A stretch of DNA of 64,000 bases from Zygnema circumcarinatum SAG 698-1b. Taxonomy: Eukaryota > Plantae > Zygnematophyceae. The DNA is taken from contig CM074807.1 in NCBI GenBank assembly GCA_037447605.1, forward strand, positions 3,048,327 to 3,112,326, written 5' to 3'. Each line of letters begins with the position of its first letter. Within the stretch, counting starts at the first letter, position 1. Both the position numbers and the translations under genes were made by a program. Positions 24,401 to 37,817 of the stretch are shown here, piece after piece. The notes below the pieces were generated by a model that was given only the letters and a program-made list of their open reading frames with translations, did not search any database and was not told the origin of the DNA.

Positions 24401-25626
24401 ACTCCGGGAGTGCTCGCTCAGGCAGAAGATAGAGCACACAGAATTGGCCAGGTGGGTTTTCTAGATGGGGTTGCAGGGAAACAGAGTGAAGTCTGAGTAC
24501 TTCTCGCTGTGCTGTTTTCCATTGTGAATGACGTTGAAAAGGTGCGGAATGCAAGCAGGCATGAAGAGGATTCTGAGATGTTTCCATCTGGCTGACGGTG
24601 GACAAGTGGGTGCATTAGAGAGACAAGAAAGTACTTTGTCTGTTTCTACATTGTAGAGATGAAGTTCCCTTCTGTGTATGCAGGTGAACAGTCTGAATGT
24701 CATATACTTGCATGCGCCTGAAACTATCGATGACATTATCTGGTGAGTTTAACCACATATGCCACTGCAGATAATGCTGGAGTAAACGACTGTGCACCAA
24801 TGCGCATGCTTGTCCAAAGCACCTAGGAACACTTGAAGGGACGAAGATGCCAAGGAATACTGATGCAGCTTTACAAATGTTTCAATTCCGTTTTTTGATT
24901 GAATGCACACGTTAAACGTTTACTGTGGCCTTGCGCATGTAGGGAAACGGTTGGCCGAAAGCTTGAAAACATTGGTCAGGTGAGTTTTTCGGAATTTGAA
25001 GGTTTGTGATATACTGCCAGCAAGCACATGCTGCAATCGCTACATTAAAGAATTTGTCTCGTCCTGTGGAGTATGGAATTGAAACCTGGAGGAGGTGGTC
25101 TCAACCAAAAATGTCCGGTCGACTTAGAATCTCTGCACCTTGCCCCCAACAGGTGATGGACGGCAAGGACTGCTCCCTTGAGCTCGATGACGCAAATCCT
25201 CCTTCTAAGCTTTCCCGCAAAAGGACCGTTCAAGAATGCTTGACTTCACATGCACTGCCCAAACAGCAGGACGATGGTCTTGTGATGGACAAGTATCATT
25301 CGGATCTGGTGGTAAGCGGGGATGGCTCACAGCCGTCTGGTGATACTGCTCTGGACAGCAAAAATGATAGTAGTCCATCCTCGAAGAAGCAACTGCAGCA
25401 GCGGACTTTGCAGCAGTGCCTGGTCCGACAGACACACTCGCAGGAGAAGGGTACTTTTGAGGAAGGCACGGCTGGGAGCATGCCGGTGTCAAACGAACTT
25501 GGATTAGGGGATGAGGAAAATGTTAGTTCTGGGTGTGTGCCCGAATCCAGGCTTCCAGAAGGCAGCAGTGAGGTTGCTCTGCCATTTGAAGCGACCACCG
25601 TGGTGAAGCGGCGGAAGCGAATGTGA
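15430..25626 (+). CDS. SMARCAL1: SNF2-family annealing helicase, SMARCAL1/HARP-like (two HARP-like repeats), >20 exons
   Basis: Spliced motifs [100 protein letters not shown] and [22 protein letters not shown]. Last exon ends KRRKRM*. Confidence 0.92.
16750..18220 (-). mobile_element. Highly decayed hAT-like transposase relic inside the 2.27-kb SMARCAL1 intron (16666-18935)
   Basis: Antisense fragments in hAT order: [25 protein letters not shown] (C..H motif-like) and RYPWIAK (dimerisation-like). Many stops and frameshifts; no TIRs seen. Confidence 0.35.
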
Positions 25627-28065
25627 GGGCTCCTATTTGGTTCTTCAGAATTTGACTTTGCTCTTTATGGGGGGCGCACCTTTGTTGCTGGTGATGCCGG
25701 AGTGTAGGGTACGTTTCCATGTGCAGAAGCCTTAGTGGCAAGTCTTGGTGTGACGACTTCCTCGCACTTGGTCTCTCCTCCCCCCTCCCCCCCTTCTCTT
25801 CTCTCCCCCTCACCCACACCTTCTCTCGCGTCCTCACTCGCTCTCGTTCGCTCACCCTCCCTCCCTCTCTCTCCCTCCCTCACCCTCCCTCCCCGCCCCT
25901 CTCTCTCTCTCCCTCTCTCCCTCTCTCTCGCTCGTTCTCTCCCTAGCCAAGCCGCATCTATTCTCATGGAACCAATGATAACTCAGTGTTGTGGGACAAA
26001 AACGATAGGGTCGTGGGGAGGCACGGAAGCACCCACATTCTGTCTTTTTTTAAGCTCACCAGACTCTTAATACCCCTTGCGCACGCACTGAGGTGTCGAC
26101 AGGCGTAAACTCCCTATATCTGCCATGCCTCTCCCTCCCACTCTGCTCTGCACGTAGCCATGCCCAGCAAGCAACTATAGCCTATGCCCAGTCACCTCCC
26201 ACTACACAAAATCCCAAATGTACATGCAAATTCTCCTCTTCTGCAATTTAGAAAGTGTTTATGAGTCGCTGCAACTCGCTTGTGTATCTCTGCACTCAGA
26301 CGAGAGAAACCCTGCCGCTCCCATTCATCAGATACATTTGTTGCCCAAATCGCTGTCGTTTTTTGGAACAGTTGATCGAATAACTTCTGGACAGAGTGGC
26401 TGCTCTTAAAGCGTGTCTTCCCCTCTGGTACCACCTTCTCTAACGTCGCTTTCTCTCTCGTAGTTTCGCATGGCAGCTATGGGCTCAGTCACCTTCGCGG
26501 CTCTCAGTGTGGCAGTATAAATATTACCCACATCGTGAAGTGCAGTTAGCCCGCACGAACCCGATTTATCTGTCAGCTATTTACAAGTCCTATAAGGCCT
26601 TATTAGCCTTGTCCGCCAATTGCCCAAATGGTGAGATTTTCGTAGGATTCAAAAGAGGGCTCGATCTTCACACCTAATTTCAATATGATATTTTATTTCT
26701 TCAGCAGATTTCCATTTCTTTTCTTAATTCTTGAAAATGAAAATGAAAGTTATTAGATTTAAAAAAAAAAAAAAAAAAAAAGGGGCGGTGAGAGAGGGAG
26801 ATGGGGGAGGAATCGGGGCGAAAGCGAGAGGGAGAGGAAGAGACGAGAGAGGGAGAAGGAGAGGGGGTATAGAGAGTTAGGGGAGGTTTGGAGGGTAGGG
26901 GAAGGAGAAAGAGGGAGTTGGGGATTGACAAATGGCAAAGGAAAAGGAAATGATGGATGGAGAGGGCTGGGTCCCTTTTGAGAAAGTCTTCAGTGCTTTA
27001 TCATAATAAAGTTGCGGGTTCAGCGATGGGTTCTTCTGGAGGATTGCGTCTATTGCGGTTGTAATGGAATTTAATCTTTTTCCTTTCTTTAAATCCGACG
27101 CATGCCGACATCGCGATTGGCGGATAAGAAAGTTGGTCGTTTTTTTGCAAATAACTGCACATGTGATCTTACGGTGAAAGGCGGTTTATCCAAGCGGTAG
27201 AGCAGAAAATGCAGAACAAAAAGCGGAGTTTAAAAAACACGGAGTCGATGCTGTTTTTAGTCGAATCTCGATGAGGAATTCATGATCTACGAATATTTCC
27301 ATATCTTGTTGACTCCATCCAGGTACAGACAAAAGGGGGCAAACTCCCGACGCCTTAATAAGAATAAGACCTATGACACAGCAGCGACAACATAGCTCCG
27401 CACTCGTTTGTCCTTTTCACTCGGGTGTATAGGTGACGCCTTTATCTGCACAAAGAAGAAAAATGAATTGTTAGGTGAACTGAAGGTTAAACCATACGTG
27501 AACAGTGGTGGCTATTAGTTTCTAGTCAGTATGGATGTGCCCAAAAGGAAAACAGATCTGGAGAACACGAGATTTCCTACTTGTCCATTATGTTCAAATA
27601 TACTGTAGGAAATACTCATGTTCAGTAAAAAAAGTCGCCCTTCCACGTCCGTCAACATGACTATAACTGCACAGACTCCTCGCAAGACGTGCCAAACGCT
27701 TACGAACTAATGCACTCTTTCGTGACGGTGTTTTCAACAAGGGGAATGAATGGAGCCATTCATCTCAGTCCCAAAGCTTCCAGGCCAATCATGAACAAAC
27801 CCCTCGCAAACACTAGAATTTGACCAGTACTTCTGAACCCTGCATGTAAAATCTGGACCTTTCGCTACTTTTGTCAAGTGATGCATAAAGCAAGCAATTT
27901 CGAACCTCTTCCAACTCAACAAGGCTCCCGACCATTACCTTCAACTTCCAAAAAAGCCTCGAGCGACTGGAAATTCTCCATGTTCACGTACACCTCCCAG
28001 AATGGTGACTCCTGTTCAGGATAACTAAGCAGTGTTTCAAATTCTCCCTACCTGCAGCTCCACTT

Positions 28066-31000
28066 TCACTTGTTTTTCCCCTTGCCCCGACTTTCCTTTG
28101 AACGGCCCTTCGACTTTCCTTTCTTGTGAGAGGTCTGAGGGGAAATAGACTCCTGCAAATCCAGGATGCCCATGTCACAATCGTAACATACAGAGGAGAA
28201 GCCTCGAGTTTGCCACGCTTGTCTGCCTCTCCTTGTTTAAGGAGAATATTGCTTTACGGCAGAAATCGACGAGGTCAACCAACGATGCACGGGCAGAGAA
28301 AAAAGACACTAAGTCACATATCGTAGTTGAGCTAACTCAACATATTGAATTGATCGATGCTGTGCCATTCACTTTGTTATTGATGACTCCATCAGGTCAT
28401 GTCAAGATGATGATGCGTTTTATCAACAGGGATACAGTCCCTCCTATTTATCTCTTTATTTTTCAGAAGAAACCACGATGTTGTGAATGCATGAAAGATT
28501 TTCTACCACCAACATCGCTTAAACGTACAAGCTTTCGTCCGCTCGACGAAACCTGAAGAATGGGTCTTTTGCCAACCTCCAGATTCAGTTCTTAGGACCG
28601 ACCCTATTTACCTCACTTTCTGCCTTCCCTTCGTCGGTTGTCTGCTTCGAAGCGATTGTTGTCTGTTCCTGATCCTGCAGAAGGATCACTGCCAGTGATT
28701 AACTATACTTCACAGAAACAGACAAGCATGGAAACTGTCAGTGGTTTCCCAATCACCGGTCGTGATGTGAATTGTGCTAAGTTGCAAAGAAGTGAAATAT
28801 TTGACATGGAAAAAACGAAAATAGAGCAGTCAAATAGAGCTTCGCCACAACTTAAACCAAGCTAAAGGGCTGCGAGGTGGAACCGGCTGCGGGCACAAAT
28901 TCATCAATACTTCTAAGTAATGGTGAAAACACCCAAATGGCAAACATGAGTGCAACCCGCCAACATCTCCAACTGAAGAGTAGTTCGAGTGTAGCTAAGC
29001 AGGTGGTTACACAACTCTGCCTGCACCCAAGGCCATACCTTTGATGACTGGCGCTTGTCAGCTTGTCCATCTGTAGTCTTGCGTTCTCCAATCTCTGAAG
29101 AAAGGGCAGAGGCGGGCATCTCAATCTCCTCATCCCCAGTAATTAAAGTCGAATCAACCCCAGGAAAAGAAGCTGGGAAGCTGGAAGTCGAAGAGGATTT
29201 CGTTTCTGTAATTGGCAAAGGAGCCGCCACAGCAGCCACCGTGGAATACTTGGCATCAGGATCTGCGGGTGCGACAGACAGAAGAGAGTAGCCAGGCTCT
29301 GGAATATCTTCTTTCTCAGAGTGAGAAACCAATAAAGGTGCATCAGTAGCTTCGTCTGTGTTGGGTGCACTGCCTATCCTCTCTTCTGTCCCTTTCGCAT
29401 GCTGTGAAGGTGGAAGCGTTGTGGCTAACTCGGATGCAGCCTCCATCACCTCTTCCTGAGTTGAGAGCATGACGGGAACAGCTTGGTCCAGTTTTGGCAG
29501 AAAACTCTGCTCCGCATGAAAATCAGCATGGATTTGAGAGTCAGATATAGCTGAAACTTCTTGGGGTTCCGGATGTTGCTCGTCAGTAGATGCAGCGATC
29601 TCGCCAGAACTTGTAAGGGTTGAGGGTATTTCATTCCCTGGTGGCAAATTTTCTCCCTCATGCTTTACTGGTGCATCCGAATCACCCAGAGGTTCAATTA
29701 CAGATTCAATTTCTCCAGATTCCTGTGACATGCAAAAAAAATTCAACACGCAAGATTAGTCCATTTTGAGAAAAATAACACACTCAGAGAAAGGGAAGAG
29801 ACTTCAAACTAAGATGTGTATTTCATAGCCTTCAACCACAACAAGCACAACCGGACTGCAAATGAAGCTAATCCTCACCGAGGCCTCCTTAAAAATATCT
29901 CTATTTGAAGGCGGCGTTTCCTCTCACCTTTTCCACACCGGGTGTAATAGCAGAAACAAGTTCAGGCTTCGTAACTGGGTCTTCTCGTTCTCGCATGCTG
30001 GTGTCATCGCCTTGTGAAGGGTCACTAACAAGGGCTTCACGGCGAATAAATGGCTCCCCACTTTGGATCTCGATAGGGATGGGAAACCTTTCCGTTACAG
30101 TGAGTTCACCTTCCTTCATTTGCGCAGAATCTTCTCCCACAACCATATTTACTTCCTTCTGTGGTTCAGCTGATGAAGTCTGCCCATTGGACGCAGATGT
30201 AGATTCAATAAGTTCGCTCCTGCTTTGGAGGCCCCGCAATTTGTCTCCCTTAAACAATGTTTCCTTCTCCACAGGCAGAGCGTCCTCCGGTGTATGAGTG
30301 GTACTCTGAGTTCCACGGGCCGAAGGGACTGCTTCAGGCTTCTGCAAAACGCTCCGTAAGGCATAGAACAAAAGGCGTTGGCATTAGTATGAGACGTGCT
30401 TCCACGTCCGGACAGCCCGAAAGATAAAATTAGACACTTCACTGAAGTCAATTCCATACAACACCAAAATGAGTCGGAGTGCACGTTTAACGAAATTCTT
30501 ACCAACTCGGGAATTCTATCAGTTGAAGCTGTTTCCTTTGACTCCTCACTTTTCTTGCCTCTGAATTCTGTCGAGACCAGAAGGTGAGGTTGAGACTCTT
30601 TGCCACCAATTGTGGAGGTCGTGATATGCTTGGGAATGGAATAATCTGAAAGCGAGTAAATTAAAAAGTTAGTTAGTATTAGTAAGTTAATCTTCGAACT
30701 AACTTTCTTCGAAGAATTCGGATTAGTAATAAACAAGGCATCATGAAACCCGCCAGCAACTTCAAGAGCCTCATATTCTATCATAGAATTCAGACAGAAA
30801 GGTGTCAAGGTTTTGACAAGGTCTGCACTAACAACTTAGCACTCACTACGCACAATTAGGTAAGAGATGTTACAAGGTAAATCCAATCCATTCATTGAAA
30901 ATAGGATAAATTTTCTTCGCGGATCATTAACACATATGAGTATTCAACAATTCAAACATCCAGTGAGCGGAAAACGTATGTACACAAACATCTTGATACA

Positions 31001-31743
31001 TACAAATGGATTTGAACCAATTTTTAGAATTGCAGAAGTTCCATACCACTCTCAACTCCGAGTTCTCCATGTTCACTTTCATCATGCTTGGAGATGACAC
31101 GATCTGCATTTCGATTACGAGCAGGAGTTGTCTGCAATCATGGCGTGATGCCAATGTTAATGACGAGTCAATTTTTTAACAGTTCTCAGCAGAATCAAAT
31201 ATAAACTTAAAGTAATCACGCTCGTTCGAGCAATCTATTTCGCTTAATTATAGTGGAATTATTTTTCTGCATCGATTATGGCTTAGTTCAAGTGTGAAGA
31301 CACAAAATTCGTGCAAAATGACAAAATACAACAACCACAAGTATCCGAACCTGGCAATAAGTATGATCATCAATTATCTAACCCGACTTGTCCTGTCCAA
31401 GAACTTAACTGCTCACTCTGCTGTGTATCACGCGAAACAGAACATACTACCAGTCAACTTTGCAACTAGATGAGCTCAAACTTCAACTGCAAGAGGAAGA
31501 AAGAACCAACATTCGCTTGTGCCTCTAAAACTAATCCTCGGCTGACAACTGACATTTCAGACAGACGGCAATCCGCTGGCTTACGATGAATGACTTGTAG
31601 ATAAACCATCCAAGACATCCTAGAAATCCAGCAGGCGCCAGAAAAGGCAGCAGCAGCAAGCCCAGAAATAGCAGTACAGGCAACAGCGGTAAAAGCGGCA
31701 GGCACAGCACAGCCGCCACCATTGCCAGCTTCCTCAAATCCAT
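28066..31743 (-). CDS. Unknown protein: N-terminal Pro-containing hydrophobic segment plus long acidic disordered region
   Basis: ATG in GCAGCCATGG context. MDLRKLAMVAAVLCLPLLPLLPVLLFLGLLLLPFLAPAGFLGCLGWFIYKSFI|gtaagc. Large E/S/P-rich exons at ~30330-29920 and ~29725-29040; terminal exon ...KGKSKGRSKESRGKGKNK*. Some small exons are unresolved. Confidence 0.65.
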
Positions 31744-32464
31744 GGCTGCCACAAACCTCCCCTGCCCCCCTCCTCTCTCACTCTTTCTCGGTTGCATCCG
31801 GCCTCCCTCTCTCTCTCTCTCTCCCTCTCCCTCACCCTCACCCTCTCCCTCTCCCACACCGCGCATGATTCCCTTGCAGGCTTGGAGCACAAAAAATTGC
31901 CAAATTTCCAGGGTAGGGAAAAGGGTGCCACGTGGCAGTGACAGACGTCCTCCCAGCCGTTACATCTGAATCCAAGATCGCACGTGCGACGGCGCGCTCT
32001 GGGCCCTCGCTGCCACGTGGAGTGGTCCCGCCGCGAATCGATCTGGACGACCGGGAGCGACCAAAGGGACCCTTTCGCGCCCGAGCGCGCGCCACGTGGC
32101 GGAGCGCTTTCGGCGGACGCGGGCGGATGGCCACGGCGGACGGACCGCCTGGAGATCTCCGCCGCGTGAACTGGAACTGGAAGTGGACTGTAACTGTAAC
32201 TGGAATTGGAACTAAACTGGAACTATATTACATGGAAGTGTGAATGGGCATGATGGCGACGCCATGAGCTGGACATGAACAAAGACAATGTGGCGAACCA
32301 ATGTGAGCGGGTTTGTCAAAAATTCAATTGTGGCGTCGGCAATGAGTTGTTGATTTGCCATGCTTGGCGGGGCATGGTGGGTATGGGTATTGGTGTTCCC
32401 CTGGCAATGGACGTTTTAGACCTTAGGACCTACTATAAAACCGGACTCTTCGACCTTGTGCAAT

Positions 32465-32534
32465 ATCCATCCATCCAACCATCCATCCATCCATCCATCC
32501 ATCCATCCATCCATCCATCCATCCATCCATCCAT
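32465..32534 (+). repeat. (ATCC)n microsatellite in a divergent promoter region
   Basis: Direct reading, ~17 units. Confidence 0.9.
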
Positions 32535-32696
32535 GCGGCGCAGCAGGAAGGACGGACGGACGGAAGGCGCAGCTTTTGGCGGCTTTTGCCAGAAGTCGCC
32601 GCAGGTCCTTAGTCCAACGGCGTGTCCGCCCGCGTGCTTGTCGCCTGCCATGTGGCCCCCTGCGGGCATTCGGGAGGCCCCAGCCTGCCACGATGG

Positions 32697-32715
32697 CCAA
32701 TACCCGCTCGCCACG
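32697..32715 (+). promoter_or_regulatory. CCAAT-N9-CCACG (ERSE-like) element upstream of RAY1
   Basis: Exact CCAAT acccgctcg CCACG, ~480 nt before the RAY1 ATG. Function not shown. Confidence 0.4.
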
Positions 32716-33198
32716 TGTTCCCCGACCGCCGTCCCATTGGCACCGGCCCGCCCGTCCCCGCCGTTGCCGTTGCGGCGTTGCCCCGTCCCTCCCTCCCGTT
32801 GCCTGTCCGAGCACGCCCGCCCGCCCCTGGCGGAATCTCCTGTGGGCGCCACGTGGCGCCCGGCCCGCGTCCGCCCGCCCGCTGCTGCGCCCGCCTGCCC
32901 GAATGTCCGTACGACACGGCCCGACGGGCACGTTCGAAGGACAATCTTTGTACGTGCATCCGTACTTTGGCCCATTTGGCCGGTAGTGCCGACAGATAGA
33001 TGACGTGGCGCGCGATCGCGGGCAGGTCCCTCCGTCAATCTGGGCGGTACAGGCCGTACAGTCACGGCTGCTATTGGGCCGCCGGCGACTCCTAGCAGCA
33101 GCTGGGACAACGGCGGCCGCCCTCCCTGGCGCAGCGAGAGAGGGAGAAAGGGAGCGGGAGAGAGAGAGAGAGAGGGGGAGAAAACAGCAGCAGCAGCT

Positions 33199-35764
33199 AT
33201 GGGTCTCGTGAGCAGGATGGAGTCGTTTCACACGTACGAGGGAAGAAAGCACGGCTCCTCCTCCCCGCGCTCCTCCTCTGTCTCCATCTCCAAGAAGGCG
33301 CCCGTCCTCCTCTGCCTCGTGCTCGTCGGATGGACCATCACAGTCTTCCGCCGGTCCTTCCTCCAAATTCAATTCAACTGCGAGAGGCTTGGGGGGGGGG
33401 CGCCCTGGCAGCAGCATCAGCGACAGAACCCCCTCCTGTTTCCCCGCAGGGTTCAGAGCTTCTCCCATTACCTCACTGCGGAGCCTCTCCTGGGCGCCGC
33501 TCTCTCCCGCGGAAGCTTCTTCGGAGAAATCCTAGACAGCGAGATTCCAACGCTAACTATCTTCACCGTTCCACGGCCCTTTAATGGACATAGAAACGAC
33601 CCCCAGCGGCGCGCCCTCCTCTCCTGGCTGCGCCTGACGCCCACCCCCCGCGTGGTGCTCCTTGGAACGCACCCCAGTTTTAGGGTTATCGCGGAGGAGT
33701 TTCCTGACCACGTGTCAGTCGACGACTCGCTGGACTCGACCTTCCAGAACGTTCCGCAGTTCCATGCGGTCATTGCGAGGGCGCAGGCGGCGGAGACTGA
33801 CGTATCCATGGTGGTGAGCAGTGATGTCATGCTTCTCTCAGACGTGACGACAGCCATCAGGAAGCTAAACCTTGCTTTTGACAATTGGATGGTCACTGCG
33901 GCGAGGTGGGAGGTGGGAGAGAGGTTTCCCTACAGTTTCGAGCCTGCAGCATGGGAGCAATCCGTCAAAAGCGGGAAGAGCATAGAGAAGACGGAGGCCA
34001 TGATCAACAAGTGGATCCGCAGCCATGGATCTGTGAACACGAACGGAGAACTTGATCTGTGGATCTGGAACAACCCTTCCATGCCTCTCTATGCTGGACA
34101 CATGCCTCCGTTTGCAGTAGAAGCGGGCCACCATGGAAACTGGCTCACTCACGAAGCCATTGCTGCCGGAATTCGACAAGTTATCGACGCAACGGATTCT
34201 ATAACTGTGACACATGCAGCGCATAAGCCGGTTCCTTTGCCGGGGAAGGAAGGGGCTCCCAAGGGGGTGGGTGAGGGGGGGGTGGAGGAGGAGGGGGAGG
34301 AGGTGAGCTGGGAGGAGCATGTGAACGCACATTTGGCGGGAACACATGGAACGTACGACTTTCAGTTGGGCGCAGCGTGGCACGCTCCATGGCATTTGGC
34401 AGCGTGTTTTGAGCCATCATGTAAGTTGTCTCTTAAACGGAGGCGCCAAAAACTATTTACAAGGAGGGTCAATTGAATTTCAAATTTTATGATTTTTCTT
34501 CACGATATATGCTTAAATTTGTTAATTTGTCTGCCCTTTTAGAATCTGGTCTTTGGGTTTACTTCTTGAAGGCTGCAATGGGTTTCCGAAGCTCTCTCCT
34601 TCCTCGATGCAACCATGCCTTCCTTACTAATCATCCCTCCCCTTGTTCCAACTGTCCAATAATGCAGCGAGCAACATGTGTCTTTTACGAAGAGAAAGGG
34701 CAGGAAGCTGCACATGTGAAATAGCTCCGTACGTGAGAAAAACCACTTCAGATGTTGTCCTCCTCCCAAACAACAAGACATGGGGGTGTGGGGAGAAGGA
34801 GAGCCGGTCTCTCTCGAGTTTGCCCCTCTTTGCTTCCGAAAAGGAGAGCCCCCCACGTTCTATGGAGTCAGTTCTACGGCAGGTAGCGAGAGAGGTAGAC
34901 GGAACAAAGGTTGTCACTCTCTTAGCAGTCACTTTCGGCTACGCCGATATGTTAATGAGCTTTGTTTGTAGGCTCCGACAGCTCAAGCTAGCTGACAATA
35001 TTGTAGTTGCTGCCCTTGATGAGGAGATTTATAAGTATGCATATACGCAGGGACTTGCAGTTTACTATGAGAGAGCGAGCGAGAAACTGAAGGGAGTGGA
35101 ACAGGAGGGATGCTCCTTTGGTAGTCAATGCTTCCGACAGTTCACAAAGTCAAAGTCAAAGGCAGTTCTAAGAGTGCTGAAAGCTGGGTATTCCGTATTA
35201 TGGTCAGATGTTGATATAGTGTGGTATACAGACCCTCTACCGGACCTTATGGACTATGGGCCGGGGACTTTCCCCATACAAAGCAACGAGCCAAATGGGT
35301 CTTTACCGGGAAGTGGAATTCGAAGGATCAATTCTGGGTTTTACTTTGCTCGGGCTGATCCTATGACTGTTGAAGCCTTTGCTGCTATTACGGAACATGC
35401 GGCGAAGACTCAGCTTTCGGAGCAACCAAGCTTTTACGATGTGCTGTGTGGAGAGAAGGGGGAGCTGCGAGTGAAGGGAGGGGAGGAGTGCAGGTGGAAA
35501 AATGGCCTTCGGACGATATTTCTTGACCGGAAAAAGTATCCCAACGGAGCCTCACATGATGTTTGGAAGGAAAAGGATGTGACAGCAGCATGCTTAGAAC
35601 AGGGATGCGTGATTTTGCATAACAATTGGATCTCCGGGAAGGATGCGAAGGTACAGAGGCTAGTGAAGAATGAGTATTGGCACTATAATGGGGAGAGGAG
35701 GATGTGCAGCCAACCGTGGCTCACACGCTTGAAGAATCTTCCTTCTGGTCCAAGACATTCTTGA
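33199..35764 (+). CDS. RAY1: GT77 beta-arabinofuranosyltransferase, RAY1-like (type II membrane protein)
   Basis: Exons 33199-34421 and 34668-35764 (phase 1, branch point TACTAAT at 34625). Motifs [78 protein letters not shown] and LHNNWISG match RAY1. Confidence 0.88.
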
Positions 35765-37577
35765 AAGTAAGCTTTTTTTTTTCGCTAGTTAAAGGTACCA
35801 AACAAGGCCCTTTTCCGGAGAATTCTCCAGAATTCAGGAGGTGAGGTTTATAGGGCTGACGCTTCTCGGAGATCTCTGGTGGCATTGTAAATTTAGTTCT
35901 AGTTTCTTTCTGCCAAGAGAGTGATATTGAAGCCTCTTGGCCACCCCTTCCTTACAGAGTAAACTTCGAATTTCGCGAAATTGTGTAACGGATTAGAATC
36001 GACAGAAACCAAGCAAACTGTAGAGGCCCGTGATTCTTGGCGAAAACTATAGAAAAAACGAGTCATTTGGGCTCCTGTCATTTTTTTCATTAAGGTAGAG
36101 AAAGAGGGATGGTAGTCTTCGTTTGAGAGAGGTGGGTGCTGTACTATCTTTCAGGAAACCGATTTTTTAGAAAAAAAAACTCCAAATAGGAGGCTTCTGG
36201 CAATGCTTAGTGCTAGAGGTTAGGTATTCAAACATCAACTTTTGATGCGCATATTGTCATTTTCACTCCATCAGTGAAAGAAACGAATAAGGCTCTTTTT
36301 TTTTTGTATTCAGTGCCCTGAATACGCCATACCTGAATACCTCCAGCCACACCTTGCCTTGCATCAGGCAGACATTTTGAGCTACACCATATTAAGTGCA
36401 GAGAAGACGAACCCTAGAAACAAGCTTAAAGAGGCAAGCTCCTTTCTTCCGTCTCATACATTGAAAAAAGTACTGAATGGATCCCCATAAGGCCACCCAC
36501 CATGCAATGCGAAAGCAGGCTCTAAAACCGCTTCACTTCCAAAACTCGCCGAAAAGCAGCACATCGATCGCAGTGGCCGCCAGGACGAGAAAACGCCTCA
36601 CTCATACCTCCACACAGTCCCCCTCCCTCCTCGCCTCCTCCCCCCCTCCCCCCCTTCCCCTCTCCCNNNNNNNNNNTCTTCCCCCTCTCCCCCTCTCCCC
36701 CCCTCCCCACCTCTCCCCCTCTCCCCCTCTCCCCCAGATTGCTGTGTGTTGCTTTGGGGTGTACTCGTTCAGGCAGGGAGGAGAGGAGGAAGGTGGAACT
36801 ATTTACTTCCATTTTTCCGGGGGGCTTGTGCGATTTAAGTTGCTGGCTTGCTGTTTGACGGGTGGTTTACTTTGACTGTAGACATTTTGGATTCCGGGGT
36901 TTTCAGGGTTTCCACTTGTTTGAGAGCAGAGAAATTTTCTTCACAAGGGGTGCAGTAGAGAGATTAGAGATATGATGGCACTCGCCTTCCTTTATTTGTT
37001 CGGATAAAAGTCTCAAAACACCTTCTTCGGTGCATGGAACGGGCCTCCTGGTGGGCCCTCCCGGTCCTGGAAAAGCGCAGGGCATGCACGGGCATGCATA
37101 GGCGGCATGTGTATGTCCTCGCCTTCACTGGCCTCAAAGCAGCCCGCGATCATGTTCTATACGGAAACGGTGGCATTTCCTCGAACAAATGCGCCGACAG
37201 AGAGAAAGAGAAATAAATTTCGGAGAGGGGTAGACGGTGGAAGAAGGGAAGGGAGAGGGAGACGACGAGGGAGAGGGTCGTGGAAGGGAAAGGGGAGGGA
37301 GGGAGGGAGGGAGGGCAAAGAGGGACGGGGGAGGCGGCGAGGTGGGGTGGGGGGAAGAAGGGTGTGGGAAGACGAGAGGAGGGGGAGGCGGTAGGAGAGG
37401 GAGAGGATGGCGGGGGGGAGAGGGAAAGTGAGTGGGAGGGAGGGGGAGAGGGAGGGGGGGGGAAGTGGGAGACGGAGATGGAGAGGCTAATGGGGTGAGA
37501 GAGTGGCATAGGGGGCGGACTTCGGAAACGAGATGCGTGCCCAGCAGGTGCTGGGAGCCGTCTCTTTTAAGGGTCCA

Positions 37578-37817
37578 CGTGGCATGGTCTCATTGGCTGT
37601 CTCAACGGCGCCGCCTCTGATTGGCTACCGTCACTACACACGTGTAAGACCGCCTTCCCATTGGTCCTGGCTCTCGCGTTACCGTGCCTCTTCACGGAAC
37701 TAGCTCACATAGATGCGCAAATGAGCTACCGTACGGTAGTGGTCCACGTGGCAACCTGCATGCATCGCATGCGCGTCACCCTCGTCACGCCAAATCAGCC
37801 AATCGTACACCGCCACG
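37578..37817. promoter_or_regulatory. Two divergent CCAAT-N9-CCACG elements plus G-boxes
   Basis: CGTGG-N9-ATTGG at 37578-37596 (minus) and CCAAT-N9-CCACG at 37799-37817 (plus), upstream of the 38108 gene. Confidence 0.4.

Noticed and set aside
26526-26535. USE-like ACCCACATCG implying another snRNA or Pol III gene
   Set aside because: No recognisable snRNA, 7SL or telomerase-RNA sequence at the expected distance downstream.
32275-33468. Long overlapping ORFs (242, 350 and 225 aa) upstream of RAY1
   Set aside because: GC-rich promoter and microsatellite sequence open in several frames, with low-complexity translations and antisense to RAY1.
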